A stretch of DNA of 62,471 nt, filler included, from Polymyxa betae A26-41 (taxonomy: Eukaryota > Protista > Endomyxa: Phytomyxea), in the NCBI GenBank assembly GCA_003693705.1. It is 6 parts of 6 records of this genome, joined end to end, with 100 filler letters (N's around TTAATTAATTAA, not from the genome) between each part and the next. Parts side by side here need not be neighbours in the genome. Positions count along the whole stretch, not along the records: positions 1 to 18,342 come from RBZT01000233.1; 5 more parts are not named here. The stretch is one strand, 5' to 3'. The notes beneath the pieces were generated by a model. That model did no database searches. It was given only the letters and a program-made list of their open reading frames with translations, and had not been told where the DNA came from. Position numbers and translations under genes: made by a program. Of this stretch, positions 1 to 13,130 are shown piece by piece. The first letter of the stretch is position 1; each line of letters begins with the position of its first letter.

Positions 1-1413
1 CGCGCTTAGTTGCGCGAGGAGACTCACAGCAACATGGAATAAATTCCGACGAGACATATGCGCCTGTCGCTCACTGACGCTTTTCACGTTCTAGTCGCAA
101 TGGCTGCGCATCTGGACCTTGATCTCGAGCATGTTGACATTACAACAGCATACCTGTACGGTACAATCGATACCGAAATATTCATGAAACAGCCCCCAGG
201 CTGTAAAGCCAAAGGCAACACTCAAAAAGTTTGCAAATTAAATAAATTCATCTACGGATTAAAGCAAGCTGGTCGAATTTGGAATTCAACTTTCCACAAT
301 TTTTTATTAGAATGTGGCCTAATTCGTTTGCATTTCTGACGAATGCGTGTACCGGTTGAACTTGTTCAACGGCAAAACTTTCATTGTACTACTATATGTA
401 GATGATTTGATAGTCGCCAGTGACTCAAAAACAGCGAATTAAAACAGCGTATTCAAGAGCGGTTTAAAGTCAAAATCCTAGGGCCCCTCAATTCCTTTTT
501 AAACATTGAGGTAATACGGGACCGCCCCAATAGGAAAATCTGGCTAAAACAAACCCAATATACTGAAGACATACTGTCAGATTTCGCAATGCATGACTGC
601 AATCCAGTTCGCATTCCGGAAATAGCCAGCACACGTCTGCACTCAGGACAAAGTCCGAAGTCAGATACTGAAATCGAACTGATGGCGAAGAAGCCATACC
701 GCGCCGCAGTCGGATCGCTAATATACTTAGCATCGAAAACAAGGCCAGATACTGCGCACGCAGTTCAAAAAGTCGTGCAATTTTGCGAAAACCCAGGAAT
801 TCTACACTGGTACGCAATAAAAAGAATATTTGCCTATTTGAAAGGGACGAAAGAATATGGTCTGCAGTTCGACGGCAATTCCGAACTGCTGAAAGCCTAT
901 TTCAACGAATCTCCCACGAACTGCCCAACATCAGCAATGTTCTCAGATTCTGATTGGGCAAATGACCCCGATAGGAGAAAATCAGTCGGCGGTTATTTCT
1001 TTATGTTACATGGAGGCACAGTAGACTATAATTGTAAAAGGTTTACCAATACACCATTATCTTCTACAGAAGCAGAATGGTATGCCGCCTGCGAATCCGC
1101 AAAACACGGAAAATGGCTCCGAAACCTACTTCACGAAATTGGTTTTCCAATGCAGTCACCACTGGTCATATTGGAAGACAATCAGGGTTGCATATCCTAT
1201 GGCCATCGCAGCCTGAACCAGTCTTCAATGAAGCATATTGACCTAAAATATCACTTTCTCAAAGAGGAAAACGCTCACGGTGTTCTCTCATTAAAGAGAG
1301 TCGAATCAGCGAGAAATATCGCTGACATATTCACCAAAGCCCTCCCAGGGCCGCATTTCCAGGAGTTACGGACTTTACTAAATGTAAAGGAAGTCCATAT
1401 ATCCTCCAACTGA
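1..1413 (+). mobile_element. Ty1/copia pol 3' part (RT + RNase H), disrupted
   Basis: RT motifs HVDITTAYLYG, YGLKQAGRIW and YVDD (~394-405). RNase H motifs SDSDWA, LSSTEAEW, EDNQGCI, KHIDLKYHF, NIADIFTKAL. Stops/frameshifts between 339 and 589. Confidence 0.95.
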
Positions 1414-1662
1414 AAAGCTCGCAGCAATTGGTTTTAGTTTTTAGTGGGTATTTGTTCAATAACTTAAGTGTCCCACAGTACCACGCAGTTTTCCCAAAAC
1501 TGCGTGCGTCTCCGTAAATGGATTTTCTAATTTTTTTCCCCAATTCCTGCGCAGCGTGCTGCACCATTAACATCCTCAAATTCATGACTAACCTTTACAA
1601 GATTTCCATTCGCTTCTCAACTCCAGTTAAGAGATTCTACGAACTCTCAACTGAGGGGGCCG

Positions 1663-1872
1663 TGTTGGAATGGAAATTAGGGTCTTAGGGTTTGATCGGA
1701 AGGTGACTCAGGATCGATTCCGCAGTCCGACGAGTCAAGACTTCCCTTTCCGGTCAAGACTGCCCTTTCCGGTCCCGATCGGACCTTCCGTCGTGAATAT
1801 ATGGAAATAAATGGACACACTTGATTTCTCTTACATTGTGATACTTCTCGTTTATTAGAACTTTCACTATCA
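1663..1872 (+). repeat. 3' LTR of the copia element, preceded by a polypurine tract
   Basis: GAGGGGG PPT at 1653-1659, then TGTTGGAA...CTATCA with an internal AATAAA (1806). Same head (TGTTGGAATG) and similar length as the LTR at 36989-37195. Confidence 0.75.
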
Positions 1873-4603
1873 GCACCACTTCCAAGACGTTTTTGGCAAA
1901 ATGTCTTGCGAAAGCTCTGCGATCAGAGAGAGTTGCTATTTTCACGTAACTTTACCACGCAAATTTGGGCTTGTGGACTCCTGCGTTTTTTCAGGAAGGT
2001 TTGGCAGGGGGATCGCATGAAAATGCAGACTTACGGAATTGCGGTGTATAGAACTGTTAGAAAGCACCCGAGCTTACTCAGCATTGGGGAGAACTGGGTC
2101 ATGGGCACGTGGATGTCCCTCAAGGCGACCATACACCAAAATTCATGGAGCTTGGACTGATTCTTTTGGAGGAGAGCCGACGCCTCATTGTGGACGCTGA
2201 CAACTCGTGGTTGTTTGTCGATGATGACTGGGTCAGTTCCAGAGCACAAGATGTTCAAGTTTAGACTTTGAGTCAGAGGAAGGCTGGCGAGGAGGGACAC
2301 ACAGCTGATGTCTTGGCTGATACACATTCTCGTATTGTAATAGCAAGTAAGCTATGTGTGAGAGGTGCGAAAAAAGAGAAATCTGTTACCTGTTCAAGCT
2401 ACTGACAGACCATCACGCTGGATCTCTTCGAAGCTGTGGTGTGACTCAAGATCGGGGATACGGGAACCCTGAATTGTATTGAAAACGGTTCAGGGCGGAT
2501 TGGGGTGCGCCTTCATCATGCCGCAACACCTTATGAATCACCACCCCTATGCCTCAGAAACACAGCTTCAGGCATCGAAAGCTGCTGTCACCTTTAATAA
2601 GGCAAGAAAGAACCAATCTACTTTCGAGATCGGCCAAAGTGATGATGAGCCTGACGCAAATGATGAAGTTGATGATATTGACACTGACGGAATGGCAATC
2701 GGTTTGTCTGAAGTTGAATTCGAAACGGAAATACGAGGTCAATCTGATAACTGGGTAATGCCAGACGCACATTTGCTTAGGGCAGATGTTTGGGCGGCTT
2801 CGAAAAAGGTCAAAGTTGTTGGACAATCTAATGCTGCTCCAATGCAGGTATTCGCCATTGCCGTTCGCGAGCGTGTTGATCAGAAAGCGTGTAAAATTTT
2901 GAGGTTTTACATCGCGTGGCCCAGTATTCCTTCATTTCTTCACAAATGGATGGCGGTTTATAATCCTATAAGCAAATGCAATACAAAAAATACTTTGTTC
3001 TTTCCAGAAGATTCTGCTGTTGCGAAGACCCAGTCACGTGTTTTTATTGAAGAAAAAGTTGCGGGCCTGTTCATCCCTCTGACGGCTGGGCAACGATGCG
3101 CAGACTGGTTTCAGCTGCGAAGCTATCGCTGCACTGCCACTATGGCAGCATTTCTCGTTCGTCTTGACCCGCTCGCTCACAGGTTCTTGTCGCGTTCTGG
3201 TTCAATTAATGCTTCTGACGTTCCCGATTCCGCTGGCATTATGCACATGTTTGTGAAATCGTGGTTTCATCGACACTCATCAACAGATATTATGCGAAGA
3301 GGAACGAAAAATGAAGCTCAAATTTTTGAAGCCATTTCAGACCTGAGCATTGTCGACCACATCTGTGAGGTTGGCTTGACACAAGGCCCTTCAATGGGCT
3401 GCAGCTTCCCCTGATGGTATAGCGATGATCTCGATTCCTACTGGGTTTTCCCTTGTGTTGTCGAGATCAAGAGCGCGATCGTTGACTCCAACGCTGACAC
3501 AGCTGTAGCTGTTCGTAACAGATACGGCACGTTGATCTACTTGAACGTTGAGGACGATGTTTGGTGGGAAGCAATTCCTAAAGAGCATCGGGCGCAGCTG
3601 CTGCATCAGGTATAGAGATGTGTGTGATAATCAACGACGTGATCCTGTAACAACATGATCTACAGGTTTGTATCTCTGATTTCAACTACTTTATCTACTG
3701 CAAGACTCGGGCAATTTATTGTGCAGTTGGGTACGTCCCGAATACGCAAAAGAAGCCTTCATCAGCGCTCTCACCAACGTGGGAAATTCTCTGCTTGACT
3801 GGGCGCTCACGGACGTCAGGCACCAGGATGTTGTCCTGCCGGCATGGATCGAGAAATCAGACTCAGATATTTTTCGTTCGCATGATCGCTTTTGGAGAAT
3901 GATTCAGGACACTGTTCAGTTGAAGGGACCATTGAAACCTGTCAAAGTCTTTAAGCACGCTGCGCAATCCCTTTATTCAGAGACGAAAGGTGGAGTTGAT
4001 GGTGCCACTGACTATTTAGCTCAACTATCATTACCACTGGCAAACTTGCCTTTCGAGGTTAAATTCGTGCTGAGGTCGGTATTCATGGTTGTCATCAACG
4101 CATGCATCGCATACAGAATGCATAGTCGACGAGATTTGGTTGATTGTGGTGATGAATTACTAAACAGATTGCTGAAAAATCTCAAGAGATCTGTGGCGAG
4201 AGTCGAATCAGTATCAGATTTTATATTCAAGGCCGGTAAGGAATTGCTAGTCGCTGCCCCAAATGTTCCGCCTCCAAACGCTGATGTTTCGACAAGTGAA
4301 ACTACCCAGGAACGCGGCTCGTTGACTAAAGAACAGGTGGCGTTATTGCAAGCAAAGGTTCCAATCAGGGAACCTTTGAAATTTTTCAACTTTGAGGACG
4401 GACAGCACTTACGACTTTCACGAGGCAATCACGTTCCCATTATGAACGCAACCGTCCCAAAGACAAATAAGCCTTTTACTCTTGGCAGAAGATGCGTTCT
4501 GTGTGTTCGGGAAGTTAAATCGTACTGCACCACCTGTCGCCAGTTTATGTGTGCATCCGTCCTAGGCTCTCAAAGAACAACCAGCGCCGTTACGTTTCTC
4601 TAA
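1873..4603 (+). mobile_element. piggyBac-like DDD transposase with an inserted YqaJ/lambda-exonuclease domain; pseudogene
   Basis: LFVDDD (2211-2228), DRGY (2450-2461), YSETKGGVDG (~3974-4003), VINACIAY and C-terminal CxxC-CxxC-C (4490-4552). Between them: GQRCADWFQLR, MRRGTKNE, ASPDG, VEIK, QLLHQ. GT-AG intron at 3610-3665. Confidence 0.7.
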
Positions 4604-6526
4604 CGAAAGAAGCTGGCTTCGACGAGAGATACAACTCGTCAAAAACAAAAGTCTTCGATTACGGATTGGCAACGAGAAAATCGACGGCAACGTCGTCTGA
4701 AATTGTCAGATTCGAATGCAGACCAAGATGCAAATCTTGCAGATGATCGAGATCGAACAGTTGACGATTCTGATGAGCAACTGTCCGATTGTGATGCAGA
4801 TATTGTTGACTAGGAGCTCGCCAACCACGTTTATCGTTCTTTTGGAGTCGAAGCGAGTACACACTCTTCAAAATGGCCCGAAGGGGCCAGAGAAGCATGT
4901 ATAAATTTCTTAGACCGGTTCCTACGACGTCACCCAGGGCATGAAATCACAACTATGCATCGTACTCGACTTTTAAGTGACGAACCTAAGAAGATTCAAC
5001 GGCGTTCTAATCGTAGATTGCAGAAAAAGGGTCTTTGAGATAATAAGAATATATTCTTAATATAGAAAATCTCCGATGTGCGCCCTATCAAATTCAAAAT
5101 CAATTTCTGAAGCAACCGACAGGGCAACAGAGAATATTTTTTTGGAACTGATTTGGGGAGAGCATTGCAGCCATCACTAAAAAAATCGAGTTGATTACGC
5201 TCTGCTTTCTCGCTATGTACAGCAATCCAAATTGCTATTCGGAATATATTCTTAATATCTCCGTGGCTTAGGGATATGGATCAACGACCTTTCCTTTTCA
5301 TCCATGTGATCTACGGTAGCATTTTCTTTGCACTCCATTTTCTTGTTCTTTTGAATCCTTTCTTGCTCATGTTGAGAGGAGTATACTATACGCCGTTATT
5401 TGACCGTACCAACGATATCATGTATTTACTATTTACTGAAACCTTCAAATCACGATCACTTGCATCGTTTTAATTTCTGGCCTTGGTGGTCAAAACTTAA
5501 AGAGTCGGTATTAGCTAGGTGGCTGAATTCACATACAAGGACTCCAAAAAAATCCAAGCGAGTCTTGGGGAAAACAGTAATCAAGAGGAGCATCAGTGCC
5601 GTCCGCATCAACATTGCCTGCTTCCTTGAGTAGTAAATTTTTCTTCCTTGCAGAATTTGCTTTGGACTTCATATTGGTAAATTTATCGGAAAGCTCTGTC
5701 AATAAAATCACTGTACTTGTGGGACGGCAATTGTGGATCAAACCACTACGAGCCAACGCTAACGTCGCAGCTGCTTTAGGCATATTCTTTAGAATTTACA
5801 TTTCCGGTTTCCTCAAGATTTGAGGCGGCTATGGTACCACTGTACCGTATAGGAAGAGCCCAATAGAATCGTTATACACAGAATTCCGTGGGCAGATCTT
5901 GTCGCTCTGTGAACAACCACAATGAGAAGCGGAATGTTTTCCATAACATCCACGCACTCTCTGGCGGAGTCATAGAAACATTGCGATAGAAGTGACGAAT
6001 TTTTGAAAGATCTCTAAAGAATCTTTAACAGATACCGAAGATTCTCCAGACCTTGCTTAGTGAATATTCTGAAAATCTGCAAAAAATGTTCTGAAGTTCA
6101 GCATTATAGCTCTCACAGAAGATGTAATGTGTTCTGGGAATTCTGCTATGCAGCCTATATGGAAGCTGGATCGAGCTTTTCATGTGGTATTTATTGCCAA
6201 CATCGAGCTAGTCTTATGCATCAAACAAAAGTTTATTCAATAGAGAGATCCGTTAACTATCTCCGCGTTTCGCTCCGGTTTAGGCAGACGTTGCACAATC
6301 CCTGCGATTTTGGTGTCGTTCCGTAAATTGTTGGATACATTTCGTGCTTCATCCCGTCTGAACTTTGCATATCATGGAAAGCAGTGGCCAAATGACAAGC
6401 TGTGTCGATTCAATGCTGGACTACCTACTGATGGCCAAATTAGCTAAGGCACTGTCATTGGCTTCACGAACTCTTTTCTAATTGATCGATCGCTAAGAGA
6501 GTCAGCAGTCTGTCGATCACAACGCG

Positions 6527-7850
6527 ATGGTTAGAGATATGCTTGCGACCATGAAGATCGTTCCGGATATGTCTCGAACAATAACAAATTTTACTGTTGG
6601 TGACTTTGAAGAGCTATGCACTATTTTCTGTCCAATGATTGCGATGCATGCCGGTCAACCGGCGAGGTTATATTTCAAAAGAGAGGAAGGCCACACAAAC
6701 ATTCGCCCCAGCAGAGGCTACTGAGGTTTGTCTTGTACTTAAAGCACGACAATACAGCAGTGTTCGAGGCCCACCAATGAAACTGGGCCAAAGCTCTGTG
6801 TGTGATGACGCTGTGTTGTTGCATCGTGCATTGATTTTTCTTGGCATCATGAACTACATTGGCCTAGCTTCAATGAGAGATTCCAACTCGGCGAAGTGTT
6901 TTTTGAGTTTCCAGGTTAAATCGGTGTCATAGACGGGACTTTATGAAAGATTAAAAGACCCAGTGGTGCAAATGTTAACCACAAGCAATACTATAATGGC
7001 AGAAAACCGATATATTGCCTTAACAATCTTGTGATTATCGATCACCAAGGTCAGTCCATTTATGTGGACCCGGATACCTGGCACTTTCCACGATGTTAAT
7101 TGCTTGAAACACCCTGATACAAACAAGAACTGGCAGCAATACTTCACCATTGCTGAAAATTATCAGTAATATCATCTGGGTGACCCGGGATACATGGGCG
7201 AAGATAGTTTCTGAATGAGAAGGGAAGATCGTCGTGAAATCCCAGATAACGCTGACTCAAGCGAATTTTCGGCTATCGATGCCTATAGCAAATGCATGCT
7301 GGTTACAGAATCAAAGTTGAATGTGGAATAGCGAAAGTTCAAAAGGATGATGAAACGCTGTGAAGTTAGCAAGGAGAATTTCCTTTGATGTTTAAAGCAG
7401 CTGCAATTCTTATCACTTTTATTCATCGACGAAGACTCGATTTCTCAACCGATTTAGGTCAGTATTGCTCAGATGATAGTGATGAATGCGGATGGGAATG
7501 CTGTTAAAAGACGTCTGAAGACGACTTGTCTTCTGACTTGAACTACGAATATTAATCTTGAGGTTAGACAGCCAATAACTGAATGAGCTGTATTATTATG
7601 AAATGCGAATTATATAGGAAAAGTATACTAGGGGACATTCATATATGGGCAAACTCCGCTGCGGACTTTTTAACTACTAGTGATCTTGCCACGCTCCACT
7701 GTGTTGGCCCGGTCTCCCTCGTTCACCTTCGCAACTCAGGTCGGACCGCCCTTCTTTGTAATGAACGTCTGGCTGTCCCGGGTCGCCAGGTACTGACAGC
7801 GCCGCCCTTACAGAGCTCACCGTTGCATTTCCAACAAAGGTGACTATTGA
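6527..7850 (+). mobile_element. PIF/Harbinger-type (DDE_Tnp_4) transposase pseudogene
   Basis: Across frameshifts: IGVIDGT (~6920), YYNGRK, PGTFHDVNCL (~7078), LGDPGYMG (~7176), HAGYRIKVE (~7295), FIHRRR. The C-terminus (W-E-G-D-Y-stop) is split by a solo LTR. Confidence 0.75.
7502..7836 (-). repeat. solo LTR (same family as 16864-17189)
   Basis: TGTTGGAAATGCA...TTAACA on the minus strand, colinear with 16864-17189. Degenerate 5-bp TSD aatgc/aaggt. Confidence 0.85.
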
Positions 7851-7888
7851 CTTCGGTTGCGACAAACATTTATCAATCCATCATTGGT

Positions 7889-8500
7889 TTAGTTCTGGCC
7901 TGAAAGTCTTCTTCCAAATCCCACCAAGCTGAATGGCATTTGGAATTGCCTTTGTTGCCTTCTTGAATTTATCAGCAGCTTCTGTTCAGGTGGCTTCGAT
8001 CCATCGTTTCCTACTGCTAACGCTTCGTTGACAGAAGGTTCAGGGGCATTTACAACTCTCTTAGACTCAATTAGTTTCAGCCGCTGGCTTTGTTTATTTT
8101 GCTGTGCGAATGTTTTCGACTCTTTGACTTTTTGAATGAAGTCGTTATTCCGAAGCGCTGCTGTCTCTGTGCCCTTAGTATCAGATGTGCCCGTGTCTAG
8201 ATCTTTCAAAGTCGACTTCACTTGGTTGAAGCTGCATTCGGGAATTGTAATCTTGAAATCGTTCATCATCTGAAATAACGTTAGCACTATGTTTGTGAAG
8301 AAACCAAACATTTTACCTTTTTCCAAGCGATAAAAGGGATGCTCTGGGTGACATCCTTCCTGGTCTTGCTGTATTCAGCAAAACGACAGTGATAAGAAGA
8401 CATCAATGACATGAATTTCTCGTTCAACGATAGAGCCCGGCTGCGTTTCACTAAAGACGATTGTTCAGAGTTAGGAGAAGCGATAGCAGATGTCAGTGGT
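7889..8500 (-). pseudogene. probable Harbinger accessory (Myb/SANT-like) ORF, disrupted
   Basis: Convergent with the transposase, the usual two-ORF Harbinger layout. Helical segment ending ...IAWKKV. No strong motif. Confidence 0.35.
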
Positions 8501-11500
8501 AAAGGTAATGGAGACGTTACGCTAGAGGAATCTACGCCATCAAGCTCCAAAGCAAGGTTATCCATCAGCAGCGAGAAACTGGGAGCGAGATTCTGATTAT
8601 CTACGTTTTCGGAGGTCGACCGAGTTTGGCCGCGAAATTTTCTTCGCAGGAACTGCGCTGGCTGCGCTCCCGGGGTCGGAGTGAAACTCGTAGTCAATTC
8701 GCAGCGATTACTATAGGTCTTCAAGATTATACTTATCCCTCTGATAGAGCTACACAAGTTGTTTCAGACGCCACTGAAAGCAATGAAGATATGAGAAAAC
8801 AATGCGATTTATCAGCGAACGCGCTATATAGAGAGAACGATAGCTACTGGCCTGCTTGACACAGAAAGGCTTTGGCCGAAGGAGTCTCGGTCTTTTTTCC
8901 TTCTGTAATGTTCTGCAAGCGCGCTGTCGCTTCCTGACGATACAAGATTGTCAACAATCAGAATATTGCAGATCGATGCTAGCCCGTTACAAGATTGTTC
9001 GGCCAACATGTACACGCATAAAGGATTCTTGCATCTATATTCTGCTTGATCGATTACATGCAGGAATAGATTTTTGAAAGGTCGCATCTTTGAAATCAAA
9101 TTAATGAGAGAAATATCAATATGCCTATACTAGCTTGGCGTAACCGAAGCAAGAGCAATATAAAAATTCGCATCGAAGAACAAAAAGTGATAAAGCAAAA
9201 ACGAGAAATGTTTTTCCCTTCTGAAAGTTAGAAGTTAAGTTAAAGCGCTTTGCAAGCAATCGTAAATACCTTGATTTGATTGCTTGAAGCATGCTAGCCC
9301 TTTCAACCTGAAGAGAGATATTGGTATAATTCGATTTCATTGGCACCTAGCGATGTACGTAAGGAACAAGATTCCATATATCGAAAATATTACGGTCTTT
9401 GCACTTGAACAGTGTTGATCGAAACTTCAATTGATTTTCCTCTCACAAACATCTTTCATAGCTCTTCCATTATTGTACACTGCTGTTTGTTTGGTAATTG
9501 CGCTTCGATGTTTGGGCATTCTGATAAGGATGCACATGAAATCAATTAAAGTTTCGATCTGCGATACTGATAATCTAAGGCGAGGTTCTTCACGCAAACA
9601 TGCCTGCTCAAATTTCGGAGTGCAATCATCAAACTAAAAACAATGTACACGATTGGGATCAGCTGTGAGAGATGGCAGTGAGTGGGACATCATTTGAGGT
9701 TTCGAACTACGAGGTAGACTGACACGAGATGTAACGGCGAGGTACCGACCTTATTGATATATGTGGCAGAAGCAACGCGAGTCGCGCGTCGTTCTGGTAC
9801 AGCAGACAGCACCCAGCAGTTATCGTCGTCCGTTGACGGTCATGCCAACCGGCAGTCCTTGGAAACGCTAGCAATTTGAGCAATACGACCACGTTAACGA
9901 ATCAATCAACTGTCCGTTCACCTAAACGCGTCTAGCTAAACTGTCATAATCGCCGAGCGCAAAAACTTGCAAATTTCCGGGAATAAAACTGCGCCACTCA
10001 GGAAATTCTGCTCTGTCTAGCTCAATCTATTACAGGCGTCCCACCAAGTCCCCCACGATCCACCCTCCCTGTTTATTATCATACTCCATCAAAAGTTCTC
10101 TCTCATCATATTTGACTCCCACGCCGCCTGAGCCGTATTGATCTCGGCTGCCGTCGGTGCGTGCTGGTGGTAAGGATGGACGTACACGTGGTATGGACAG
10201 CGAGCAGAATCGGCTGTGTGCCCCGTGACAATGTTGTTTCCGTTATTGGTGCAAGTTGTACATTCCGATAATTCTCCTCTGTCCTGATTATATTTTCTGT
10301 CTGATGCAATTCTTGTTTCCAGATCTTGTTCTTGTTGGGTCCGTCGGCTTCTACTTACCCATGGAGAACGTATTTGGGCCTGGTAAGCAGCTCGTTGCCC
10401 GAAGACTTGTAGATCTTGTTCGCTGAACTGAGGAACCGGCTGCGAGTAGTCGTTTTGACTCAACAGTGCGGTTAGCATCAACCTGTCTTGATTTGATCTG
10501 CTTATACATTCCTTCAATACTTCCGCTGTTCTGAGATTGTCCAAGATGCTTTTGTTCATAAGCAACTGGACTGAAGTTGCGGTTTCAGAAGTAATATCCA
10601 GATATTGCTTCGCAAGCTTTTCCAATACCGAGGGTTCTGTTTGCCTCTTACCGGAACACAATTCGCTGCTTTGTTCAGGAAAAACGCGCGCTGAAGTTTC
10701 TGCATCCCCTGTATGAATGTTCGCAGGATTCCACAGTCCCGACACGTACGTCACTGAGTTTCGGTCAATTTTTTACAGAATTCTATCGATGTTCATCTTT
10801 ACCTAAAAGAAGATGTTTGCAGTCATTTCTTTTTGAATAATCTGCACATTCACAACTGAATGTGTGTTGACAGGCGTTGAAAATGCTGAACGCTTTGCAA
10901 GAATCCATTACTGACTCCGCGTCCTCGACGTCCTCCTGGATTTGATAAGCATGTACTCCTGGACATATACAGTCGATTATCCCAGCTACTCGTTTTACGA
11001 GATACTTCACTTCGTGTCCGCCGACATAGAACGACTCCGTTTCTGTTTCAAAAGGAACTTTCGACACTTGGTCAGTCTTCATTAACAGCACATTCTTGAT
11101 TCGTTTTTTCAGCGTTGCACTGCAGCTAGCTCCTGGGAGCATGTTCAATTCATTCCTGTGAGTGTATTAAATTACCCCTGCTTTTCCAAAAATATTTGCA
11201 AGTCTTACCCTCTAAATTTTATGAAATCGTCTGCTTCAATTTGCACAAGTATTTCTATCAGTGTTCGCATATACCGGTTTCGCTTATTTGAATATACCCT
11301 TTTCAATAAGTTGTGGAATGCTTCGGCATGGGCGGTTGTGTCGGGAATTGAGGAATCTCTGTAGCAAACTGCCCATTGCTTTTTCCTGTCAGCATAGCTG
11401 TCGACGAAATATTGTACAAAGTCCGGTTCATTTTCCGCCCACTTGTTGACAAAATTTCCAATTTCTCTCTCAACGACTTCGGGCTTACGGTCCGTTCGTA

Positions 11501-12255
11501 TTTTTTTAAATGCTGGTATATATTGCTTTGGTGATGACGTTTCACTCCTTTTTTCCTAATCTAAGAAGTTCTGAACCGTATATGCGCCTTTCATCCCGCC
11601 AATACTTACATTCTCCTTCCAGTTCTTGTCGACATGCCACACGCACAGGTACCGGTGCGTCAGCGACAGGAAAACTGCAATAGCTTCCTTCCACGGTACG
11701 ATATCGTCATCTTGCAAAAGAATTGTTGGGTTAGCTTCCGGTTATCGTCGCTTTGCTTTTGTTGGCCACGTTCAATAGTTTGATTGAATTAACTACAACT
11801 GCATACCTGCAACGTCTTCCACAACGCAGCCAGTGCTTTTGAATCCTCACGTGAACTGCTGCAAAATACAGCCGGATATCCTCTGTTGTTTTGCTGGTCC
11901 ACAACAGATATAGTGAAAAGTTTACACCCGTATTGATTCGTGTTATGGGTTGAATCAATTACCATCACTCGATTCCCAAATCTAACAGTGGACGATTCCT
12001 GAAATTCAATTAAAGAATTCCTAGACTAAATTGACGCAACCTGTCACAGTGTCAAAAATTTTAGACTTCGACCTCCCAGATCTAGGATTTAGAATCGAGC
12101 CAGAGGACCCTTTCTAGATTCCTAATTATGTAAACAGGGCGCTGTATTAGATTCCTTAGATTCGAATCCGAATCTTTCCTGAAAACAGCCACCAACAGCG
12201 CCATGGACAAAGCCTTTCTAGATTCCTATTGGATAAACCTGGCGGTGTATTGAAT

Positions 12256-13130
12256 TCAAATCCTAATCTTTCTTGAAAAACAGGGCGTTGTATTAGATTT
12301 GAATTCTAATCTTTCTTTAAAACAGCCATCAACAGCGCCATGAATTCTCATGGCGCTGTCGTGCCTCCTCGCGGCGCTCCTCCCGTTCGAATGCCAGCTG
12401 GGCGGCGCACAGTTCCTCACGCTTTGCCTCAGCCTCGCGGCGTTCTTAGGCTTCGAGTTTCCATCGCACTTCTCGCTGCAATTCCGCTTCACGGCGTTCG
12501 TTAGCCTCCATGTTCACCATCAACATGATGCGGTCCTCTGAGTCTCCAGTATCCGTGATCTTGCGTTTGTGGCGCAGCGGTAAAGGCGTCACTGTTCCGG
12601 ACGAAGATGTGGGTGTCATCATACCAGGCGCTCCCGTGCGTGGTGTTGCCTTCTTCTCCGACTTCGTAGAAGACGTAACACGTGCTGCGGCAATTGGCGT
12701 GCTGTTAATGTCTCCTGATGCCTCAATTGGCGTGCTGTTAATGTCATCATTTTCAACATCCGAAACGTCGCCGAGCCACCATTCATCGGCATCGCCGTTG
12801 CTTTCCGGTTTTACTTCCTCGATGTCAGGCTCTGCAGGCATTGAGGTATATCCAGCATAACACGCGCATTGATCATTCGGTAAATTCTCTTGGCATCACG
12901 GATATGGTCTGGGCAGTTTGGTTCTCCAGTAGGGATCTTTAACTTCTTCTTAAGGGCCTCTCCCGAGCGGTTTGCCCTGTGGTTTTGTTGTAATCGTTAG
13001 CTACCAATTCCCGTTCATCTCCGCCTATCGGCTTGTATCTCATGCAGAGCATGTTCAGTATGTGGAGGTTGTCGATAGTGGAGTTCACAGCTCCTGCAAC
13101 TCACCCTTTTTTTATCTTTAGTTCAGACAT
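12256..13130 (-). pseudogene. Harbinger accessory protein (DUF6818/Myb-like N-terminus, coiled-coil C-terminus)
   Basis: KPIGGDE...RSGEALKKK...PTGEPNCPDHIRDAKRI (~12880-13035), followed by an acidic linker and an R/E-rich tail. Confidence 0.65.

Noticed and set aside
4700-6500. Short ORFs here and at 8800-10000, 20800-21900, 58825-60150, 60850-62471
   Set aside because: No recognisable motifs or consistent exon structure; left unannotated.
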